A stretch of DNA of 64,000 nt from Candidatus Cloacimonadales bacterium (lineage in GTDB: Bacteria > Cloacimonadota > Cloacimonadia > Cloacimonadales > WRIO01), in NCBI GenBank assembly GCA_963678255.2, contig CAXXTW010000002.1, forward strand, positions 990,260 to 1,054,259, given 5' to 3'. Under the pieces are notes generated by a model. It saw nothing but the letters and a program-made list of their open reading frames with translations. It did not search any database and was not told where the DNA came from. Positions 56,736-64,000 of this stretch are shown here, piece after piece. Position numbers and translations under genes: made by a program. The number at the start of each line of letters is the position of its first letter. The first letter of the stretch is position 1.

Positions 56736-58717
56736 TAAAATCTCCTTTGATTTTGAGAGGGTTTGTTTTTAGGTTTAGGTTTATTAGAAACTAAGCTTTT
56801 TTCAGAAGACCCTGATCTTAGTTTAAAATCATCTGCTCTGATCTCAGAATGCCATTTCGGAATTTCACCATCTCTCTGAGGATAAGAAAATTCTTTTGTT
56901 TTTAATTTAAAAGAATCCTTCAGTTCTGATTTGTTTTCAAAAGAATGAGCATTAATAAAATCCAAGGGATTGAATGATTTTTGGTTTAATTTTGAATCCA
57001 GCACTATCATTTGATCGATAAATATCTTTACTGCCCCTAAACCGTAATTTTTACCATATCCTATTTGATGACATAATATATTTTCGTTTTCATACTGAGT
57101 GAATAAATCATTTTTTTTCTTATCATCAAGCTGAAGAGAAAAGCATAAAAGAGATAATTCATCTTGTGTTAAGTTGTTAAAATGCAACTTGAATTTAAAT
57201 TCTGGAAAAGAGTCTAAATTGTTCTTAATATTATGTGGTCTCACAACTTTCTTGAGACAGATCATCATTTTCTGATCTTCATCGGTTAATGATATGGGAA
57301 GATAATTTTTTGAGGAGCGTTTGTAAACTTTACGCCCGGATAAGACGGCTTTGTCGTGATCCTCTCTTGCCCGATCTCCATAAGTGATTAATGGTTTCTC
57401 TTCATTATCTGATTCTTCCTGTTTAAGATAAAACTCATAAGCACTTGGCATGGGTTGACCTGGTCTTTTGAGATTAAACCCATTTCTATCAATACTTCCT
57501 CCGGATATATATTGTGCATAATTGATGTGAATCTTTCCTGCTTTAGAATTTTGCACCTTATCTTTGTGGTTTTCATGTTTCAGCATATCTTCTTTAGTGA
57601 AACCGAACATTTCATAAAACCTGGAAATTCTGATTTCGTCATTTATTGTTTTGAAGAATTCATCTTTCAGATTATTCTTAACAATATCCTCCAAACTGTT
57701 TTGGTAAAGCCAAAGGTAATAGAAGTTTTTTCCAAAGGAAATAATCTGATCTTGTTCAGCATCATATTGAAAAATTATCGGTTCTCCGACTTTAAAGATT
57801 CGCATTTTCTCAATATTCTCTTTTATTTCTTTTTTTTCATCTTCATTAAAGTGAAAAGGATGTTTATTAACAAATCCGGATCCTAACTCATCAATAGTTT
57901 TATGATAATGATCTAAAATGTCCTGGTTCACTTTTAATTTTAAATGATCACCAAATTTTATAGCATCCGTAAATTTTTTTTTATTGAATCCAATACAATT
58001 ATGATGCTTTAACTTTGAGTTATTCTCTTTATCATGCTCTAAAAATTTATCAACCGTAAGTCCGTTTCCGACCCATCCATCAGGATAACTAAAGAAATAA
58101 TATGCTGTTTTACTATTACCAATCTTTATATTAGTCTCGTGTAATTTTTCGATATCTTTTTCATTAAATGAATTTAGTAATGGGTTTAAAGAAATATTTT
58201 TTAATGAAGAATCTTCGAACTTCAGAAGACCATCAATCGGCAGAATTTCCATACTGTCTTTTAAAACTTTAGTTATTATCCCGGCTCCGGTTATTAATCT
58301 TTTATTATCTTTGTTATCATGAAGTTTTGTGTATATATTGATGTTTGGTCTCATCATAAAAGATTGTTGATTAATTTTCCTAATGGGGACATTCAAATAT
58401 TGTTTCACGAAGGAAGCAACGGCTCCCTTTAAAGTATGAGGAGAGATTAGTATTTTATTGTTCATTTCCAAGGGATTGATGACAGTATATTCATTCTCTT
58501 GATCTTCATTTTCTTTCTTGGTGAGATTTCCAACTATTAAATGATTTAATGCATACAGGGAACAGTTGATAGACCCCGAATACAATTCCTCATCCCCTTT
58601 TAATATTTTATTGAATTCGGCAATGTTAACATAATCAGAATCTTCATGAGCTTTGACAGGTATAAAAGAATAGACTAAATTATCTTTAGCGGTTTTGATT
58701 TTATTATAAAGAGTCAT
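56735..58717 (-). CDS. Type III RAMP protein, Cas7 with a large insertion (Cas7-insertion-like)
   Basis: YSFIPV...YSGSINCSLYALNHLIVGN, PHTLKGAVASF, and G-rich loop GYGKNYGLGAV. Start set at the ATG at 58717, after a GGAGA RBS; the track start is 58747. Confidence 0.6.
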   Translation of the reverse strand: MTLYNKIKTAKDNLVYSFIPVKAHEDSDYVNIAEFNKILKGDEELYSGSINCSLYALNHLIVGNLTKKENEDQENEYTVINPLEMNNKILISPHTLKGAVASFVKQYLNVPIRKINQQSFMMRPNINIYTKLHDNKDNKRLITGAGIITKVLKDSMEILPIDGLLKFEDSSLKNISLNPLLNSFNEKDIEKLHETNIKIGNSKTAYYFFSYPDGWVGNGLTVDKFLEHDKENNSKLKHHNCIGFNKKKFTDAIKFGDHLKLKVNQDILDHYHKTIDELGSGFVNKHPFHFNEDEKKEIKENIEKMRIFKVGEPIIFQYDAEQDQIISFGKNFYYLWLYQNSLEDIVKNNLKDEFFKTINDEIRISRFYEMFGFTKEDMLKHENHKDKVQNSKAGKIHINYAQYISGGSIDRNGFNLKRPGQPMPSAYEFYLKQEESDNEEKPLITYGDRAREDHDKAVLSGRKVYKRSSKNYLPISLTDEDQKMMICLKKVVRPHNIKNNLDSFPEFKFKLHFNNLTQDELSLLCFSLQLDDKKKNDLFTQYENENILCHQIGYGKNYGLGAVKIFIDQMIVLDSKLNQKSFNPLDFINAHSFENKSELKDSFKLKTKEFSYPQRDGEIPKWHSEIRADDFKLRSGSSEKSLVSNKPKPKNKPSQNQRRF

Positions 58718-59132
58718 GATATAATCTCCAATTGTTTTTCTCGTCAATGAGAATGGTTAATGATTCATTTGGGATGTTTTTAAGTATTCCCAATTCATCA
58801 GCATATGCGTAACGCTTTTTATTATTCTTAATCGATCTAACAGTTACTTTTTTTACATTCTCATCAGATAATGATAATGTTTTAATAACTTCAAAATAGA
58901 CATCCCTATCTTGCAGGTAATAAGATCTCTGTTCATTTTCATTAAACAAAACAAGAATACTTAAATCTTTGATGCTTTGAAGTGTAATTTTGACATCCTT
59001 AGTAATAAAGAACATCCCGGCATGATCATTTCCCAGATTGTTTCTTAATTGATCGGTCCAGCCTCTTTCTCCAATAGCCCAATCACTGTTTTTAATTTTT
59101 TCTATCATATCAGTAAAAGATATTTTATTCAT
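58704..59132 (-). CDS. Small type III-D accessory subunit, Csx19-like by position
   Basis: 142 aa, located between two RAMP genes as in fused-subunit III-D loci. Has a GGAG RBS. No motif I can verify. Confidence 0.35.
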   Translation of the reverse strand: MNKISFTDMIEKIKNSDWAIGERGWTDQLRNNLGNDHAGMFFITKDVKITLQSIKDLSILVLFNENEQRSYYLQDRDVYFEVIKTLSLSDENVKKVTVRSIKNNKKRYAYADELGILKNIPNESLTILIDEKNNWRLYHDSL

Positions 59133-60414
59133 GATTCAGCTCCAATTCCCAAATAGGATAAGTTGAATGAGCTCCCAGAGAAATAACCCGGGCTTTCATT
59201 CCATTATTTATTAATTCAAACATTTGTTTCATTTCATCATTCCAGTCTTTTTTGTAAATTTTAATAAATCCTGAAAATGAGGTATAAAACAATGCTTCCT
59301 CATCAAACTTTGATGATCCTAAAACTGCTCTGGTAAATTCATCCTGAGCATGGTGATTGATGACAGCCAAATGATCCTTATTAAAGTTGTCTGGATAAAA
59401 ATCAGATATATATACCTTTCCTGCTGTTGCTTCTTTTTCTTCAGTTTGACCAAAAAAAATCTCGTTCCATTGAATATGACCATACTTTTCTAAAAATGCC
59501 GTAATAACCCCTTTAACCGATGAACCAGGAATTAGCAAACGAGTTCCATTATTCATAAAAACAGCATCTGGTTCAATATCATCTTTATTTCCAAGACTAA
59601 ACATAGCCTCTCCACCTCTTATCAGAAGAGTGTTGGTACCATACCCATCTGCTTCATCTTTTATAATTATCCTGAGAGGAATCTCAACAAATAGATTATT
59701 ATGTACTTTATTGTTGTCATCGTTAATATTCACATCTTTTTTCGGATAACAATTAAAACTTTTAAGAATAGCCCAACCACAACCGGAGCTTGAAAAAGCT
59801 CCAATAAACAGACCATCCTTTTCCCACGAGTTGAAGACTTTTTCAGCCCATGTTTTTAACAGATCAATATCCCATTTTTTAATATCATTTTCTGAAGCTG
59901 TAGGAACAATATCAGATGAGTCAAAATCAACAGGCAGATACTTGTCGGTATTGATAGTCATTTCCAAAGTCATCATAACTGGATTTTCATCTAATTCATA
60001 GGGTTCAATTTCCCAATGCGAAAACTTTGCTTTATCTTCAGCAGTTTTTCTGGATCTGTTAATTTTCACCCTGTCTCTGATAGCCGGTTTAACTTTTGCC
60101 ATATTAAAGAAATAAGTTGAAAACTCATAAGGACTTGAGAATGATTTCAAATCTGTTTCCCTTTCCTGATTACCTGACTCCTGATGATCAGCTGGAACGA
60201 TTTTTTTGTATTGATCAGTTGATTTTTCATTCTCTGTTAAGAGCTGATCAAGTCTATCAAAAAAAAGACCGGCAATACTGGTTCCGGGAATGATAAACTC
60301 ACCTTTTCCATTTCTGACCATATTTGCGGCACCTAAAGCATCTTCAATCAATCCGGAGCCAATATGAAGTGCTGTTTTCAATTGGATATCCAACTTATAT
60401 TTTATCTTACTCAT
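59125..60414 (-). CDS. Double-Cas7 RAMP fusion (Cas7-2x-like; Csm3/Cmr4 family)
   Basis: Two RAMP cores: LKTALHIGSG...FIIPGTSIAGLF and LLIPGSSVKGVITAFL. Confidence 0.65.
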   Translation of the reverse strand: MSKIKYKLDIQLKTALHIGSGLIEDALGAANMVRNGKGEFIIPGTSIAGLFFDRLDQLLTENEKSTDQYKKIVPADHQESGNQERETDLKSFSSPYEFSTYFFNMAKVKPAIRDRVKINRSRKTAEDKAKFSHWEIEPYELDENPVMMTLEMTINTDKYLPVDFDSSDIVPTASENDIKKWDIDLLKTWAEKVFNSWEKDGLFIGAFSSSGCGWAILKSFNCYPKKDVNINDDNNKVHNNLFVEIPLRIIIKDEADGYGTNTLLIRGGEAMFSLGNKDDIEPDAVFMNNGTRLLIPGSSVKGVITAFLEKYGHIQWNEIFFGQTEEKEATAGKVYISDFYPDNFNKDHLAVINHHAQDEFTRAVLGSSKFDEEALFYTSFSGFIKIYKKDWNDEMKQMFELINNGMKARVISLGAHSTYPIWELELNHE

Positions 60415-62419
60415 TATCTTCTCCTTTCAGAACTTCTCTGAGAATGAACCCTAAGATTTCATAATTGGATATGTTTGTTAACATTTTATTTAAAAGATCA
60501 AAAAGAAGATTATGATCTTTAACTTTTACTTTTTTCTCTTTTAGTAAATCATAAATAATGTTCAAGGGTGTACCAGCTTCAACGAATGTTAAAGTGTAGC
60601 GCAAGATTCTTTTCCATCGTTTCAAAGTCTTCATTGCTTTTAATTGATCAGAATAACTTTTCTTACAATCATGTTTTTGGGACATTTTAAGACAGAAATC
60701 ATCCTGTCTGGGAATATAGATCTCAGGGTTATCTGAGTTTTGGTTCTGGTTATTTATGCTATGTACAGGGTGGTTGATTCTTACCTTACCAAATCCTTCA
60801 TTTTTTCGTAAACCGATGCCTTTATCTAAAAGTTGTTTAAGATTGGCACGGTCTTCAGGAGATAAATTTATCAATTTATATTCAAAAACACTCCCGGCTT
60901 TGATTGCTTTCACCCCAAATCGACGGGTTCCACTTAATCCATGAAATGAATGAATAATCCTTGTTTCTGAATTGTGTCTCTTTAAAACGATTTTTTGATC
61001 TTCTGTAAGATGAATCTCTTTTGCAAAGTATCCCGGTTTAATGATTGAAGCAAAACTGCCATTTTCTTCGAGTAAAATCGCATCAGATTGTAAAGTCAAT
61101 ATGAAAATATCTTTATCTATGACAGAATCTTGGCTTATCTCAGTAAAGTAATAATCAAATATTTCAACAGGTTTTGACCCTCTGCCCAAATGCAGCCAGA
61201 CATTTTTATCTAACCATGGTTTCATTAGTCTTAAAAACGTATGTAAATCTTCATTATTTTGAAAAGTAACTGTCCCCTGAAAATAATTATTCTTCAATAC
61301 CTTCTCTTCTGTAAAAAGTGACTGATCACTTACAGCCTGTGTAGAGCTATCTATTTTATTCCTCATTTGAATTGTAACCGGAACAGAATAATAACTCATA
61401 TCTCCGTTTTTATTGATCAGATATCCACCAGAAAAACTTTTATTGGATTCGTTATTGTTTTTATCATTGATAAACTCATCTTTATCAATTTTATTCCCTA
61501 ATGATTTCAACGCCCAATGTGGTATGGGTTGATCTTTAAATCCATCCTTTTTCTTCTTTCTAGCAGTGAAAGGAATAGGGATAATATCAGGATTTTGATT
61601 CTGATCTTTAAAATAATTGATACAGTCAAAAGGAATAGGCAGAAAATTACTTACCATGATTCTCGAATCATTTAACATTGATAAATCCTGATCAGTTTTT
61701 GCCAAATGTACTCTCAGCATACCCAGCACGCTTGTACCGCTGAAATAATCTAAAGTTCTATAATGATTATTGTTAAGTAATGCGCCATCTGCAATGGTTA
61801 CGTTATCCTTTAATTGTAATATCAAACTGATGGAATTAGCAGAACTTTCAGACAAGGTAGCTTCATCAAAAGAATATTCATCAATACGGTGAACTATGTT
61901 TGATATAGAAATTTTCCCAATACCTCTGGTTCTGCTTCCACCAACTCTTTGAAGATTTAGTAAACTTTCTATTAACAAATCAGAAATTTTGTTTAAATCT
62001 ACAGAATCATTTGCCAGATATCTGATTTCACCATTAAATGAGCACCCTTTTTTAAGGCATTCAATGCTTCGTAAAGACTTATCTGTTGATTTACGGGTAT
62101 TTCTATCAATTCTGGTAAAGGTATGAATAATAAAGGGATATTCATCATCCTTTTTGTTATAACTGATTAAAATATCAAGAGATTGTTGATTTTTGTAGAA
62201 AAATAAGTTTGAATATTCAGATTTAAATTCAGGTTTTTGATGGATGATTTCATGAGCTGATTGCCTTAATAATCCTTTAAAGGTATCAAAGTTGAATATG
62301 GGGTCACCGTTATGATCTTTTGTAAAGCCATCATCATAAAGCCCCGGACAATTAAGCCCATTGCCAAGATGAATATCTTCCAAAGTTTCTATACTAAAGT
62401 TGATGTTTAATATTTTCAT
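60407..62419 (-). CDS. Multi-domain RAMP fusion, Cas7-Cas5-Cas11-like
   Basis: First RAMP: IHLGNG...FKGLLRQSAHE and GGSRTRGIGKISI. Second RAMP: FSGTSVLGMLRVHL and LRKNEGFGKVRI. Helical C-terminal tail of about 120 aa. Start set at the ATG at 62419, after an AAGGAGA RBS. Confidence 0.55.
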   Translation of the reverse strand: MKILNINFSIETLEDIHLGNGLNCPGLYDDGFTKDHNGDPIFNFDTFKGLLRQSAHEIIHQKPEFKSEYSNLFFYKNQQSLDILISYNKKDDEYPFIIHTFTRIDRNTRKSTDKSLRSIECLKKGCSFNGEIRYLANDSVDLNKISDLLIESLLNLQRVGGSRTRGIGKISISNIVHRIDEYSFDEATLSESSANSISLILQLKDNVTIADGALLNNNHYRTLDYFSGTSVLGMLRVHLAKTDQDLSMLNDSRIMVSNFLPIPFDCINYFKDQNQNPDIIPIPFTARKKKKDGFKDQPIPHWALKSLGNKIDKDEFINDKNNNESNKSFSGGYLINKNGDMSYYSVPVTIQMRNKIDSSTQAVSDQSLFTEEKVLKNNYFQGTVTFQNNEDLHTFLRLMKPWLDKNVWLHLGRGSKPVEIFDYYFTEISQDSVIDKDIFILTLQSDAILLEENGSFASIIKPGYFAKEIHLTEDQKIVLKRHNSETRIIHSFHGLSGTRRFGVKAIKAGSVFEYKLINLSPEDRANLKQLLDKGIGLRKNEGFGKVRINHPVHSINNQNQNSDNPEIYIPRQDDFCLKMSQKHDCKKSYSDQLKAMKTLKRWKRILRYTLTFVEAGTPLNIIYDLLKEKKVKVKDHNLLFDLLNKMLTNISNYEILGFILREVLKGEDNE

Positions 62420-62432
62420 AATTATTCTCCTT

Positions 62433-64000
62433 TTAGTGAGGTAAAACATCTAATAGTTCGATATAATCTAAAGCATTACAGGTTCTTACTAAAACGTTGT
62501 TAATAAATTGACCTGCAGCAGGTTTTAGAAACTCATAATGATTTTTAAATAGTTGATCGTATATGTATTCAGTATGTTTTAATCCCTTCTTCAATGAAGT
62601 TCGATAGCTTTTAATTTTATTTCGCCCGAGTTTCTTGTTTTCATTCTTAAAATCATTATTCATTTCAGTTGCCTTTTTATACATATTCACAGCATCTGTA
62701 ATCATGTATGGTCTCATTGACAATAATTCTATAGTGTCCCGAGTATCTTGTTTATAGTGCATCATATAGTCTCTTCTACGTATATCTTCAATATCTTCAG
62801 GCATTGTAGAGTATAGAATGTGCCAATCTACTGCAAACTGATCATTTTTTTCCATTTTTCTGATTTTAGTTTTTGCAGAGGATAATAATGATTCTGCCAG
62901 GGCATGTCCATGAATAAAGGGATAATTGTATTTAGTAAACGCAATACCAGCACAGAAACTGGATTTTTCACACTTTAACTTATAGTTTTTTTGAAATATT
63001 TCTAAAAAATTAAATGCAAACTCAGGTGTAGAGACGATTAGCAGATCGTCCCCCCCCAGCATGAGTATTTGATAAGGCAGATTATAAAACTCTGCATTCT
63101 TTGTTAGAGTTTCTATTAATGCTCTTCTCATTCCTGATCTTTTTGAATACCAGAATTTTTCTATCTCAATAAAAGCCTCAATAGCAGAATTTTTGTTTTT
63201 TAGGGGCTCTTCAATTTTCCTAAACAAATTTCCCATTTCATTACCGTCGATAGCGGTAATAGCCAGTAAATTTTTCTTTTTTGTAGTGGATTTTTTTTTG
63301 ATTCCTTCGAAACTATATGATAGGTTTTGCTTACTTATTTCATTATTTTCAAACAATTTATTATATAAGAAACTTAAAAAATTATCTGATTTTTGATTAT
63401 AGAAACGATTGCCATGATTTTCCAGTATTTTTTCAATATTTAAATCATTATCATTCAAGTTTGCAGTCAAACCATCGGCTGATAATTCAAAAAAGGGGTT
63501 ATCCAAAAACATATCATTCATTGAGTTTTCAATAATTCTTGATTGTAATTCTGGTTCCTCTTCAAATAATGAAGCAGAATCTTTGAATTTTTTATACGAT
63601 TGATTTTTAAGAAGCTTTTTAATATCATAGGATAATTTTAAATTGGGTAGTTTTTTCTTTATAAGATTCAAGCTCTCAATAATAAAATTTACAGCATCCT
63701 CTTTATTTTTAAACAAGGCTTCAAAATGCCCACCTGCAGAACAAAGAATTCCTTTTTTAAATAATAAATTGGGATTGTCTTCAGAGATATCTGATGGATT
63801 AATCATTACTTGATCTTTTGATTTATCCAAAGGGACAATCTGACTATCCGTTTTCTTTTTCAAAGCTGGCAGATCTACATAGAAAAATTCACCTAAGGCT
63901 GCATTTGCCCCAAGCATACATTTTAAAGTCGGGAACTGAAAAATAAATTTCTGAACTTTTTTAGCAGAAATGGACACATGATAATAATCTAATTCAGCCA
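62433..64000 (-). CDS. cas10: Cas10 (type III large subunit). The N-terminus is probably outside the window.
   Basis: KVQKFIFQFPTLKCMLGANAALGEF (Palm1 start), LMLGGDDLLIV (intact GGDD cyclase motif), AGIAFTKYNYPF...LLSSAK. The reading frame has no stop between 63977 and base 64000. Confidence 0.8.
   Translation of the reverse strand, partial: AELDYYHVSISAKKVQKFIFQFPTLKCMLGANAALGEFFYVDLPALKKKTDSQIVPLDKSKDQVMINPSDISEDNPNLLFKKGILCSAGGHFEALFKNKEDAVNFIIESLNLIKKKLPNLKLSYDIKKLLKNQSYKKFKDSASLFEEEPELQSRIIENSMNDMFLDNPFFELSADGLTANLNDNDLNIEKILENHGNRFYNQKSDNFLSFLYNKLFENNEISKQNLSYSFEGIKKKSTTKKKNLLAITAIDGNEMGNLFRKIEEPLKNKNSAIEAFIEIEKFWYSKRSGMRRALIETLTKNAEFYNLPYQILMLGGDDLLIVSTPEFAFNFLEIFQKNYKLKCEKSSFCAGIAFTKYNYPFIHGHALAESLLSSAKTKIRKMEKNDQFAVDWHILYSTMPEDIEDIRRRDYMMHYKQDTRDTIELLSMRPYMITDAVNMYKKATEMNNDFKNENKKLGRNKIKSYRTSLKKGLKHTEYIYDQLFKNHYEFLKPAAGQFINNVLVRTCNALDYIELLDVLPH

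Noticed and set aside
58704-59132. Assigning the 142-aa protein as the Cas11 small subunit
   Set aside because: The sequence does not look all-helical. A helical Cas11-like tail is already present on the 60407-62419 fusion. Its position fits Csx19 better, but this remains unverified.

Overview
This is an AT-rich, gene-dense bacterial chromosome segment. All calls come from reading the sequence and the ORF translations by eye; no searches or folding programs were run.

Positions 1-46.4 kb look like core genome:
- The tail of a chemotaxis module (a CheA-type kinase fragment with a CheC/CheX-like C-terminus, then CheY), followed by mobA and glmS.
- A flagellar block, flgB-flgC-orf-fliE and fliF-fliG-fliH-fliI, with a sigma54-type promoter in front of flgB.
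- ridA, hisS, and the pgpH-ybeY-tlyC block.
- LysM, envelope and glycosyltransferase genes, an RqcH/NFACT-like gene, and three porin-like outer membrane protein (OMP) genes, two of them tandem paralogues.
- Thermonuclease, rdgB, valS, NUDIX, and two identical tandem tRNA-Asp(GTC) genes.
- Two secreted proteins with type IX secretion (T9SS) C-terminal sorting domains, and a PHP/YhaM/MBL operon.

From about 46.6 kb the window becomes accessory. A 292-bp tandem repeat (3.2 copies) is followed by a complete minus-strand type III CRISPR-Cas locus. In transcription order it contains:
- Cas10, with an intact GGDD motif and an ORF still open at the window edge.
- Fused-subunit effector genes resembling the type III-D variant: Cas7-Cas5-Cas11, Cas7-2x, a Csx19-like gene and Cas7-insertion.
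- A Csx1/Csm6-like HEPN protein.
- An RtcR-type CARF-sigma54 AAA+ activator.
- A near-consensus -24/-12 promoter driving a glycine-zipper membrane protein.
- CRISPR array 2, Cas6-RT-Cas1, Cas2 and CRISPR array 1. The two arrays have duplicated leaders.

The strongest candidate for something new is the RtcR-like regulator, sigma54 promoter and Gly-zipper protein cassette. It could be a transcription-coupled type III effector arm.

No transposase or integrase was seen. The taxon is not determinable here; the T9SS domains and sigma54-dependent flagellar promoter are consistent with an uncultured FCB-group-like lineage.
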